A stretch of DNA of 64,000 bases from Phoronis australis (Eukaryota > Animalia > Phoronida). The stretch is taken from assembly GCA_002633005.1 (NCBI GenBank), contig NMRA01000351.1:22792-86791 (forward strand), written 5' to 3'. This document shows, in pieces, positions 48,871 through 60,892 of the stretch (position 1 is the stretch's first letter; each line of letters begins with the position of its first letter). The translations under genes and the position numbers were made by a program. Under the pieces are notes generated by a model that was not told where the DNA came from, made no database searches, and worked only from the letters and a program-made list of their open reading frames with translations.

Positions 48871-50426
48871 GGGCAAGTAATGCTAACATGCAGAGAATGG
48901 GTTTAACTTGATTTATACCAGACCTGTGTACCGTATGCAAAAAATGCAGATTCGTATGGAAATCAAGCCTTCAGCATGCAAGTACCATGGCCAGGCAAAA
49001 ATATGCAAATTCAGCTAATTCAAAAGAGATTAATTGGCTTGTTTCTCAATAAATACGCTGATTTGTAGTCGAAATGGATGAGGAAGAAGATTTTAAAGGT
49101 AGAAATTAAAAAATATATTGTAAAATCATAATTATAGTAAAAAAGTTGAGCTCCAAACTTGGAAAACTTGCTTTGTTTTATTCTCGAAATAGCCTGATAA
49201 TCGGCGAATCGCGAGGCCTCTTCTATCAGTATATGTGTCACAGGCCTAACCTATAATCAATGACTCATATGATTTGTGGATTGCTTACTTTGTCTAATTT
49301 CGGCTATCTATGGCTAAATACGTACTGTTGACAAAGCTGCAAAGCATGAGTAGTCTCATATACCGAGCTGTGAAGAAAGTAGTCATGTTATTCCAAAGAA
49401 TGAGAATGTCTTATTCAAAGGACTGCGGAATTCATACTGCAAGTTGTATAGCGTGTTGGTTTTTGCGGACATGGTGACTGCACTGACTTCATAGCATGTT
49501 GAGCTGACCATAGTCAAGCCTCGAGCCTCCAGGTCTTTTCGTGTGCAGTACGGTGGTACGTGTTCACAGACACTTGCAATGAATAATTATTCAAACTTTT
49601 GTGAATAGCTAAGAAATTATCGTCTGGTGCAAAACATTGTCCAGTGTAGATTCACACACTTTGCAGATATGTTTTTGTGTTAAGAAATGAGGTGTGCATT
49701 AGGCATTTAGGCATGTATTAACATAACTAAGTTAATTGAAAATTGATGATTAAATCACTGCGTATATTTTAGAAACTGTTTCCGAGTCAAGTTAGTAGGA
49801 AAAGTACCCATGTGCTTACTGGGGAGGGGGGGGGGGCTTGAATGAGTCTCCCATGTGGCAAAGTGGTCATGGTCAGTAGGGTCCCGAGAGAAACCAAAAG
49901 TCTGAGAAAATGAGACATCAGGAAAGAATTCGGCGAAAGCTATGAATGCTGAGCAAACCCGTTTTTTTAGTTAGTGAAAGATCCACTGCGAAAATCTGCC
50001 AATTTACTGAAAAATCTGCAAATCTGGTGTTCAGAGCACTCCGATGCAGTTTTGGTGGTACACAGGTCTGTTTATGAATGTAAGTACAGTACATTAATTT
50101 TCATTTAACGATCTTCAGTTATAACAAATTGTATGTCTTGAGCCGTCCAGGAACTCCAGTCCATCAAATAAAACTAAGTCTGATCCTGAGTGATCACAAG
50201 CCCCTGCGTGCAGTATGCTTAATTGTCAGTTAAGAGCAACCATTCTAGTTTTGCTGGTAATTTTCATAGATAGGGGTTACATAAGTAAAGCTGTTGCTGG
50301 TACCATGATATCAACAGCTGCCATTCTTCATTGTCGATATAGGGCTGCATTCCTCACAATATTGTTGTGCAGTTATCATTGGTTAAGTCACAACACCAAT
50401 TAAATGCAGTTTACATTTGATTGCAG

Positions 50427-50525
50427 ATGTGGTTATTCAAACAAGCACCTTCCAGTCTGAAGACTAGTTGCAAGTTTCACAGCCAGGTGGCCCCGCTTGG
50501 CAGCCCTTATGTAAAAGAGGAAATG
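50427..50525 (+). CDS. HSD17B7: HSD17B7 exon (99 nt)
   Basis: CAG|MWLFKQAPSSLKTSCKFHSQVAPLGSPYVKEEM|GT resembles the vertebrate VWLFHQKPESL...KYLS...G..Y segment. Confidence 0.93.
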
Positions 50526-51169
50526 GTAACTACCAACTGTAGTTTACTATTTGTTGTGTTTGCTTTCTGTCAAAAACCAATCTTGATTTAAGACACTTAT
50601 AAAATTGGTCATAAATTGTTTCCCTCTTATTTTAGAAATGGTCTCTGGGCCAGGGAAGAACTGACTGTTTGTTACTTTGTCTGCTCACCAAGGTCATAAG
50701 ATTTATGGTCATTACATAACCTGAAATTGCTGAACTATGTTGGAGGAAGTGACCAACTGGCAGTTTCTTTCAAGCCCAGAAAGTGCACTTATTTTGCTAA
50801 GGAGCAATTTGAGATCAATTTCAAACTAATGAGTTGCATTTGACACAGGCTTTAATAAGAAAGTGCAATTCATTATTAAAGAGACTTATTCATTTAAAAA
50901 CAATCTCTGAAACATGTTTGCATTGATCAAGACAAAATACTTATTTCTCTGCAGCATTCAGTTCCGTCTGTTATCACTTAAGGTTATCTCAAACCCTTTT
51001 TCCAAAAAATGGATATTACAATGTTTCCCCGTGTCTAGCAAATAACCTTTTCTCACATGACCTGGAATGTGTTACGACGCGACTGGTTAATTACGTAAGT
51101 ACGTATTTTTTTTGATATTATTAGCCGAATCATAAAGTATTGCAAAGTAGAAATCTATACGCCTTGCAT

Positions 51170-52489
51170 TTTTATGCGCCTACATATTTGTATGTGGTCG
51201 CATATTGCCATCATCTCTGTCTGGGCGTCTGGTGTCCTCGGCTGTATCTCCTAAACCCCTTACAGGATCTTATTGAAATTTGGCAAGTGTGTTCCTATGG
51301 GGTTGACGACAGAGAGCGACGAGTTTCGGACCGACCCAAATACCACTATGCCCCCTAGTGGCAATTTTATTTTTTTACGTTTGCCTCTGTATCTTCAAAG
51401 GTCCTCAACCGATTTTCGGGAAATTTAGTACATAGGCATCTATTAATGAGTTGACATTATCCTCTTGTTTTTGGATGGATTTGAGGCATTTTGCGCCATC
51501 TAGTGGCCATTTTTACTATTTTCGAGTCGTTTTTTGGCGTCCGCCCCTCTAACAACCAAACCACTTTAAGGATGATTTTTAAAATTGGCATGTATGTTCT
51601 TACTATAAGGAAGACTATTGATGACGATTTTCCGATGACTTCGACTACTGTGGCGCCTCCTATTGCCAGTTTTGCTTGTTTTTGCGCCCATGGCTTTATC
51701 TCCTGAACGTTCTACAGGATCTTTAATAAATTTAGCAAATATATTTATATGAAGGTGACAACGGACGACAACGACTTTTGGACAGATCGGTGTACCAGTG
51801 TGCCCCCTAGTGGCAGTTTTAGTTTTTTACGTTTACCTCTGTATCTTCAAAGGTCCTCAACGGTTTTACATAAAATTTGGCACATAGACATCTATTAGTG
51901 AGATGACGCTATCCTCCTGTTTTCGGATGGATTCGTAGTTTGCGCCACCTTGTGGCCATTTTTGTTGTTTCCGAGTCTGCTTTTTGGCGTCTGTCCCTCT
52001 GTCAACCAAACCACTCGAAGGATGATTGTGAAAGTTGGCATGTATGTTCTTTCTATGACAGGGATGGTTGACGATGATTTTCCGATGACTTCAAGTACTG
52101 TGGTGTCTCCTAGTGGCGTTTTTTTTTGCACCCATACCTGTATCTCCTAAGCCCTCTACAGGATCTTTATTAAATTTAGCACGTGTATTTATATGAAGTT
52201 AACAAGAGAAGACGACATTTTTGAGACCGAACCGACGAACACTGTGCCCCCCCCTAATGGCAATTTCATTTTTTTCATTTTCTTCTGTTTTTCTGAAGTT
52301 CCTCGACGGATTTTAATGAGATTTCGTAAATGGCTTTCTTTTAAAGAAACAACAACATTTGTTGGTTTTCAGTCGGATTCGATGTATTTTACACCAACTA
52401 GTGGCCATTTCGATGATACAAACAAAACCCCTAAAAGCACACAATTTGCGTCTTCGTGGGCGCATTTCAACGCTCCGCGTTGCTCTTGT
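51170..52489 (+). mobile_element. Non-autonomous Helentron (family H2), second copy
   Basis: subTIRs ATGCGCCTAC / GTGGGCGCAT, 5' hairpin, 3' hairpin CAACG-CTCCG-CGTTG, and the same ~150-bp units as 38075-40087. Confidence 0.85.
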
Positions 52490-53471
52490 ATCGTCTGCAA
52501 TACACCAAAACAACTAAATGCATGCCAACCAAACAATGCCGAAATTCCTAGAAGGTGACAAAGTTATGATAGACAAATCAGGTGTTGCAACTGTATGTAT
52601 TCCCAGTCAGGACATGCAAACATTTTCTTATACGGGCCCACTTTGGCGGCGAATTCCATATCCACGCTCATTCAAACGGAGACAAACCCCAACTCAAGAA
52701 ATGCGGTGAGATTGTCTAGCTGTGCTGTCTCAAGGTCAATTCAGTGCTCGCGTGCAGGGAAGCCTTGCTGACTGTTTCTTATAAACTTTTTTAGGTTTAA
52801 TATGGCAAGTCAACTTAAGTCGAACTTAGGAACACAAGTTCTAGAAAATGGCTGGGTGGATTTCGCTGAAACTTTCTAAACTTAATATTTATACCTCAAT
52901 CTCAAAAACACTGTTAGGATTTTTGATATAAAGGCATAGTTTTTGCGTAGTGTAACAAAAACGAATACCACTTCCATTTCGTACAAAAATGCCTTGCATT
53001 TTGCGAGTTGATTTGTCATAGGAAACAAGCAAAAAGACTAATCAAAAATTCCTAACATTGTGTTTGAGGTAACTGGCAAAGTTTTCATTTAAAAAGGTAT
53101 CATTAAAATCGAGTGAGGAGTTATTTTGCTATGAATGTACCTTTCTTAAAATGAAAGTTTGACTAAAAAGGTCTTAAGGTAATAATACTAATGGGACATA
53201 AATACAAAACATATTTTTATATTCCTATTCCCTGATCTTTTTTCTTTCAGGAAATGTATACCTTTACTAGTTGACAAAGCTTAGTTTTTTGATATACGAG
53301 TTAGAATGGAGGTCACCAAATAAGGTTTTACATAACCTGAAGTACTCAGTTCATGTAGATAGTTGCCATGGGTTAACTCGATACTTACCTTAATTATTAA
53401 GTAAAGTTATTACTGAAGGGTTACAAACTATGGTGCTTGTTTTAGTTCCTTCATCTTCTTTCGTATTTTAG

Positions 53472-53558
53472 TTGAACTTCAATGAAGGCACAGTCACCAT
53501 GGTGATGGATAAACTAGACGAGCTTGCGGATGAGTGCAAAAGCAAGATATGTTCTTGA
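53472..53558 (+). CDS. HSD17B7: HSD17B7 last coding exon (87 nt including TGA)
   Basis: Pyrimidine tract and TAG acceptor, then LNFNEGTVTMVMDKLDELADECKSKICS*; phase 0, similar to the vertebrate MDLDEDTAEKFYQKLLEL segment. Confidence 0.8.
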   Translation: MNFNEGTVTMVMDKLDELADECKSKICS

Positions 53559-55221
53559 CCAGGTTTTTTGAGTTAGCTAACACCGTATGTTCAAATCTGG
53601 CTTGTTTGATGTGAAAGAATTCTACTTGTTAACAAATGAAGTAAATTGTAGACTTTCTGTTTTATTCCAATGTGTAGCTGGAATATTTGTCGTGATTTTG
53701 AAAAACTGGAAATAGAGACATCCTTTCGCAAGCATTTCTGAGACTGGGGCACATAATCCAATTGCATGTTAACCCTCTGTCACGCTAAAGGTGTTTATGA
53801 CCTGGTCATTAAAATATTCAATAAGATTTGATACCTCAGTTATCCTTAGCTGGAGCTGCAAGAATGGTTGGTCAGAGTTTGAGGAAGCATCTATTATTTA
53901 CATTTATCGCAAATTTTTTTATCAGTTTTGTTGTTGAAGAGAAATCATACGACCTTGTACGAATTTCGTGGACTATGAAAAACTCATTTCGGAAATATTT
54001 ATTCTTGGTCGAAAATGGCGGGCCGTCCGAAAATCATGCGACTTTACCATAAGCAAGCTCTGAGTGATGTAAAACTACAGCTGAATGTTTCACTTCCAAC
54101 ATTGTTAACTTGTTTTGCTTTTGTGCTGCTGCCATCTATTGGCTATTTTGTAGATGGCCCGGTCATTGTGTGTGGCTGAGTGTCACTCTTTAGATGTTCA
54201 AATATAGTCACTGTGTTAATATGAATTAAATGTAAAGCAGTATTTTATGTGAAAGTAGTTCTCTTTCACCTAATACATGAATACAACTCTTCACTTACTT
54301 AGTTCATGATATGATCAACAAGTGAAATTCTATTGTGTCAAATTTCTCATTACGACGTTCAGTGACTTTACAAGAGGTAGAGGGTTGTGAGCCTCTGATA
54401 ACATCTAGCTTCTTTGTGAACTGCCAAGCACAGTCTTTTGTCTGGTATGACAACAGGCAGGCCAATTATCTACCAGGCTTATCTTACAAACCACGTGTGA
54501 ACACAGTCAATCCCAGAGTGAATTTAGTACATTCGGAAAGAATAGATTGCCGTAACTTCGGTTGTAGTTGGGCGAGTATGGCAATTCAAAAACTGAGCAT
54601 GATCATCATTTGACGAGGATTTTAGAAATGCTATTGGTTAGTATGTTCAAATATGTTAATAACTTAACTTTTATTTTTAGCAGCACAGCCCAGTCAGGCT
54701 AGATATGATCTTATTTGAGACTGGAGCAATTATCGAATAAAAGAGAGCTAGCCCTCCAACCATAAATGCCAGAATGGAGTTAATCAGTCGTGTAAGATTA
54801 TGGCTACAGGGGTGATCTTCCCAACTTGTTGTTGGGCTATAGAATCGAACAAGTTGGGAGAAACGGGAAAACGCCGTAATGTCTTCAAAAATCAAGCTTA
54901 GGAAAATTATTTTTCTATTATTGACATTTAGTAAAATATCAGTTCTTTCCAACAAAGTTTTACCCTCTGAAAAATGGAAAAGATAACTTACTGGGCAGTT
55001 ATTTTTGTGAAAAATAGTTGTGGAATTGCAGTATGTAAATTTAGTTTTGATGTACACAGGTGTGCCAGTGTGGACCATCTGAGTCAATGTAAGGAGTTGA
55101 AGTGTAGTAACTGAATTGAAGTTGAGTTCTATGCTATTGTAAATGTTGGCAGTTTTTCAGTTGTAATTAAGATGAATTAAACTACAAGAAATATATAAAA
55201 ATAAAGAGTTCCAAATTTGAA

Positions 55222-55282
55222 TGTGACACTTAGGCATTGTGACTCTTAGGTGTTGTGACACTTTGGCGTTCTGACACTTAGG
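55222..55282. repeat. Short tandem repeat, 16-bp TGTGACACTTAGGCAT, ~4 copies
   Basis: Visible tandem units. Confidence 0.8.
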
Positions 55283-57270
55283 TTTGCATTTGAAGTGGAG
55301 AGATACTCAAGCATTATGTATTTTGAGTAAAAATGACTGGATCTAAACATTTAAAAAGGGACTTTCCCACTTTGTCCGTCCCAAATTGAAATGTTATACA
55401 TTTTGTCCTTAAATTTGGTATGTAATGGAGTGGGGGTAATGATCAATTAGAAACCGAATTTAAAGACAAAATGTTGATATTTATCTATATTGTAATATTA
55501 CATTTCAGTTTGAGTGTGACAAAGTGGCAAGGTCTCTTTTTAAATGGGAAGGGCTTGTATGGGATTGTTTACTGGATAGTGATAAGAAAACTGAAATTCT
55601 TTTTCAGTGTAGTAATTGACCTTATGAGCCAACAACTGAATAAAACTGGTACCTATCTCACTCACAACAAATTTTCCTTCCGTATGTGGTCATGCTGAAA
55701 ACTACAAAATCACAAAGTAACAAGTGTGAGGTATGGTTTTGTATTATTTTCTCCATGAATTAAACAAATTTGTCCAAAGTATCCTCCGATTTCAAAATAA
55801 AGTGCTTCCTCTTCCATGGAAACAGCGGTTATGACTGTAAGTAGTTTCATGAGGGGCCAGTCAACAGATTTCAAAACTCAATTTCAGATCTAGTTCAGTA
55901 TGCCTTTGTAATGGGCAGCTTTCTGGGTACTTGTCCACCAGTCTTGGTCACTGAGTTTGTTTTTGGACAGTTTTACCTTGGCCCACCCCTCTTATGACAC
56001 GTTAGTAGGCTGGTAAAGAAGAAAACAGTTGAACGGAAAGGGAGGGGGAGTGAAGACTAATGCGAATTCGCCTAACTTTTACCTCATTACCCCCAAAGTC
56101 GGACTCCTGGCTGTCGCTACCGCTTCAGCCCCGCGTTCCTCTAGCTAGTCGCCGCCAACTGTCACAAGTCCTAAACAATTTTTTGAAAACTTCAAAGCTG
56201 CGTTTTTGGAGGTCAAACCCCTTGGAGGCCCATATACTTCATTAACACTTGGCGAGACCTTTTTAGACCTGCCTGAACAGATCACGTGCTTAGGTTATGG
56301 TTTTGGCGTTGATGGGATATCTGTGATTTCATTTTATTATCAATGGTGTCCCGAAGGTACCAAAGTCAAGGGAGATAAGTACTGAATCCCTGCCGCGGAC
56401 TGCGTAATCCAGAGAAATGTGGGGAGAAACAGCATCATATATGGGAATGAGATTTCTGAGCGAAAACGAGGCTTAATTCACTTAGTGTCCAGTTAAGGGA
56501 AAGTTCCTTTTGGTCATGCGTTAAGGGTGTGCCGGGGTTCTGGGATCCCTCGTGCACTGCCTCAGACCATTTCGAAATTCCTTCAGTGTTGACAATGAGT
56601 ATCGGACTTTGCTTGTGGATACTCCGGTGGCGGATCTAGATGAACATCCCGAATTTAATCGAAATTTACCGAAACGTCAACTTCTTTGCCACATTGTTTC
56701 AGATTAACAAAAATCTTGTGCACTTTGCTGTTTACAGTAGGATCAGTGATGGGGATATTCTCAAATTTCAACCTGCATCAGTTCACTTCCTTTTGTATAA
56801 TCAAAAATCGTCTATGAATCAATTTGTTTTCGCGTGGATATATAAACATGCAAATCAGAACCCCTGAAGGTTACCAGAAGAACCTGGACATGTTGGGCCA
56901 TCAACACAATGTTAAGGCACACATGGTATACCGGTTGTTAATGCCACACTTTTCAAATTCCTAATTTGTATTGGAATGGAATTTTTAACAATTTCCGAAA
57001 CTATGCGTGCAGACAAATATACTGGACGAGCAGCCGTGAGAGGGCGGGAGGAGCCATCTCACGAGCGTCTGGGGGGTACTCTTCAAGGAATTCCAGAATT
57101 TATTTGTGTAATTAAGTTCAATTCTGGTTCACTCCAGCATTAGCCTGAACAGGGTCATCAATGTATTCCAGACAAAATTTAATCCACACAGCGAATTTGC
57201 TCGTACGAACACTCCCCTCTCTGTCGATTGAATGTTTTTCGTGATAAAAAGGCCAATGCTTTTCTATTCC

Positions 57271-57394
57271 TAGGCAATGACCATCGCCTCTGTTGGCCCG
57301 AACCTGGTTCGGGCTAACAGAGGCGATGGTTCGAACCTGGTTCGGGCCAACAGAGGCGATGGTTCGGGCCAACAGAGGCGACGGTCATTGCCTA
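57271..57394. mobile_element. 124-bp palindromic MITE with 9-bp TSD
   Basis: TTCTATTCC|TAGGCAATGACC ... GGTCATTGCCTA|TTCTATTCC, with internal GGTTCGGGCCAACAGAGGCGA repeats. Confidence 0.88.
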
Positions 57395-58098
57395 TTCTAT
57401 TCCTAGTTGCGTTGCAATCTCGGTTCAGATGTGTCGACATCCATGTACATGTAAGATTCTGACATGTAGTGCCCTCTAAACGTGAAGTAAGTTAATCCGA
57501 AATTATAGAAGAACGAATCCCACGAGATCTCTCTTGTTCGAGAGAAAATATTGGCGTTCATGAGACACAAAGCGTGATGAAATAGAAAAGAATTGAGTTG
57601 GTAAGAACTGCATTGCAGTTGACGCGAAAAAGAACGCCGAGTGTTGACGGAAACGTCCGTAGGGACCATGAGAGAGGCTGCAGATTTACTGTTCTGATTG
57701 AAGAGGTGCGAACCAACTTGATATGCGGTGGTTGTCTTCGTCGGTGTTCGTCAAAAGTGGACTAATCCTTTTCGCATTTTGTTATTCCCCTCGTAACGGC
57801 GGGTTCACCTAGCTGGACATCCTTTCAGCCTAATTACGGGTGACATTTGTTCAGAAATTGACACGACGTGACTCATGCGCGTCGCGGCATAATTTCAAAC
57901 AAGGTCGCATCCAGGGGGTATAAACGATTCCATGACTGCGCAGCTATAATTATTCCGTGAACCCTATTCTCGCGCATCAAACCCGTCATACAGATTTCAT
58001 TCCAGGCTCGCCCCTACACCCCACAGGCGCGCACTGAAACACTGCATACCCGAAGACCCATCTCTGATGGGCGCTGGACTGGAATTAGTGGTACAATG

Positions 58099-59749
58099 CA
58101 GTGGCGGATACGTTTTCAGTAAGGGGGGGTTAGGATTTCCGCAGAGGTCGAATCCGAGGAGCGTGGCGCCCGTAAGACATTTTTTTTTTGTTTTTGTAGC
58201 TAAACAGTGAAATTTCCATGCATCCTGGTAAGTTTCTGGCACTTAACATGTCTCTGGAGTTTTTCTTAAGATAATTAAAAACCCTTCTCGATTTCGTCAC
58301 ATGAACTTGGCTCATAAGTTTCGTGAAACCATATTTGTGCACATCTGGGTATGAGTCACACCACCAGCAAAAAATTTTGTTGGAACATCTCCTTACATAC
58401 ACCTTTTTAGCATACAAAAGTGTGGTGTGTATACAGGGGTTTAGACAACTACCAAATATTCAAGAGCATAAGCAGGACCGACGGGGCGTAAAAACTTGAA
58501 TATCAGATGATGGCAACAGCCTCAAGCTGTTTAAAGGCGAAGGCAACCTTTTTGCATAACATTTTTAGCAAAAAATAAGGTTCGTTGATTATCCCAGACA
58601 TATTTTTCACTTATTTACTGCTTTTCGTAATTTAATTAATTACTTGTCGTCTACTCCGGAAGTGACGTTTTGGGAGGCAAGAATTTCGCGCCAATTTCTT
58701 TTCATATAGTCTGACTATGAGAGCAGTCGAGTCAGTCATTGTTCTACCTCGGTTGTGATAAGTTCGGTCGTCGTTTGCTTTTGCAATTTTCGAAACGTCT
58801 CAATGTCTGAACGCTTGAAACCCGAAGCACTAACATCCAATAAATGCCCATGGGCGTTTCGTCGGGTGGGCCTTTTTGCGGAAATTCCCAGTATAAAAAA
58901 TGGCAGTGGTGCGTTTTGCAGGTAGAAAGACGGTAGGTGTTGAGGTCGGCACTAGGGCTCCTTAGGAGGCCTATTGAACATCGCATGAGTCCCGCAAGAC
59001 TTTGTTGTGAATGTACAGCCTCCCCGCAATTTCTGGTACTGTAGACTGTTCGCGAATGCGGTCACTTTGTCAATGTGAGTGGCCCCTTGGTCATTCCTTG
59101 TATAGACATATCTTGTTAGAGTGCCTCTTCAAACGGACTCGCGACCAGACCACGGCGCCCGCCACAATAGCAATTCTTCGGAAAACGATTTTTTTCAAAA
59201 ATTATTTCATGTACATGTACACTGTATGATATTGCGCAAGACGACTTTACTATACACTAGTCAAATTCGAGTTACAAACGTGTGGAGTGTAATAGGATGA
59301 CACGGCATGAGTACAGATGAGGTAAAAACGTTGCACGTCAATTCGCCCGAATATCAGGGTTGAGGCACCACAGCATTTCCCCTAATCAAATCAAAACATA
59401 TCTTAGAGTAAAGAACCTAGTTACGTAAAGAAATCAGCTATAGAGCTGCTCTTTCAGCGGTGGATCCATCTAAAATTCTTGGCTACTTCAGAAGTGTGGA
59501 CGGAAGCGCGCGCACAATTGATCTCCGTCACGAAGACTCGAAATGCGCTGAATTTCACAACAGCAATTCACAATGCAAAAAATTATATTTTTCCTCAATT
59601 TTTTCCAAATCGGTTTACTTGGGATTTACACACGCTGGCGATGCCGTTTTTGTTTTGCTGGAGACGTTTTTGTTGTTTTTTTATTTTTGGGTCCTGGCCC
59701 AAAGGGGGGGTATAAACCCCTTGAACCTCCCCCCGTAGATCCGCCACTG
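58099..59749. mobile_element. hAT-like non-autonomous element with 5-bp TSD
   Basis: CAATG|CAGTGGCGGAT ... ATCCGCCACTG|CAATG. Confidence 0.85.
58535..58782 (+). mobile_element. Solo end of Kolobok K1 (THAP-side TIR plus subterminal sequence)
   Basis: TTAA|AGGCGAAGGCAACC...; reverse-complement match to ~4520-4763, breaking off before the THAP start. Confidence 0.88.
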
Positions 59750-60629
59750 CAATGTACTCGGGTATGGAATTAAGTCCGCAACTGCTTGCGTCAGGTGCGT
59801 GGTAAGTAATGTACTGCGGGTTTCGTGTTACGTTTGCGGGCCTAAGTTTCGAATTTGGGGGATCCTCCGAAGCTAGAATTTAGACCGCTACCGCGGCTCG
59901 TTTCCATACCCATGACATCCGAGTAAACACTTACGCTGCCGACTTTCTTGACCTCGCCTGTATCGTGTCGTTTGCCCGTGTCTAATAATTGAGAGAAGCG
60001 TCTGCCATCCACATCATACTGGCACTATTAGGCTACGTAGGCGATTCTTAGGATCATAGTCATGTAGCAGTCAAAGGAAACCCAAACAGAAAGGTGAGTA
60101 AACGTGATATGTTATTTTGTGTGAGAATCTTTTAATTCGCGGGAAAAGTATCGTTCGTTCACCTCTCGTACATTTCGTGTAAATGCTTGTCATGTTCGGT
60201 GGCTAAATGAACCGACCTACTAATACTCCCAGAAATAACACTTCACGAAGGATACTGTCCAAAGAAAAAGTCAATTTCTCGGCCGAAAAAACACGTTTTG
60301 GTGGATTATTGCTGGAGTGGTTAGCTCAGATCATAGTTTTACATTAACAAAATCTGTTGTTTTGTGAAGTGTTTAGTACCCTTCCTCAATTAGTCGTCGT
60401 GGTCGGCCGTCATTCCATTAGAAACTCACAGGGTCAACGGCACCTTGCGCTTCACCATTACTAGAACCGCTGTCATGAAAAAGGTTCTTTGTGGAATAGA
60501 GACTACCCCTTAGCGATGACTTCATAGCAATAAAACGATTGATGTATCGTGGACTAAAATTCGTCATTTTCGAACTGTTTCAAGAGATGGGACAAGCCTG
60601 GAAAGCTATTCAAATCTGCAACTGCCTTA

Positions 60630-60892
60630 CATGCGCGCACCCAGCCTTCGATGGGGGGGCGGGCTCGAATTGAATTCCCGACGTTGTGGACCATTTTCTA
60701 ACAAAAGAGCGGGCGGACTAAAAAATAAAAAACGGGAGCATTTCTGTGAATTGCGCGTTTGCGCTTATTTAGCGGACTTTCTTTCCCATTTTCTCAGATT
60801 TTTTGTCTGTCGGGGGCAGACCTTTTTGCTCACTTCGCCAATTGGAGGGGGGGGGCTCGTTCGAGCCCCCCCCTCCCCCGGGTGCGCGCATG
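60630..60892. mobile_element. MITE with 13-bp TIR CATGCGCGCACCC
   Basis: Perfect TIRs; flanks CCTTA/CCTTC; second copy at 63764. Confidence 0.85.

Noticed and set aside
52795-53393. Possible TTAA-type MITE ending ...ACTTACC|TTAA
   Set aside because: Looks repeat-like, but no convincing matching left terminus or TSD was found.
53769-55100. piggyBac-like start TTAACCCT downstream of the HSD17B7 stop
   Set aside because: No matching right TIR with TTAA could be identified.
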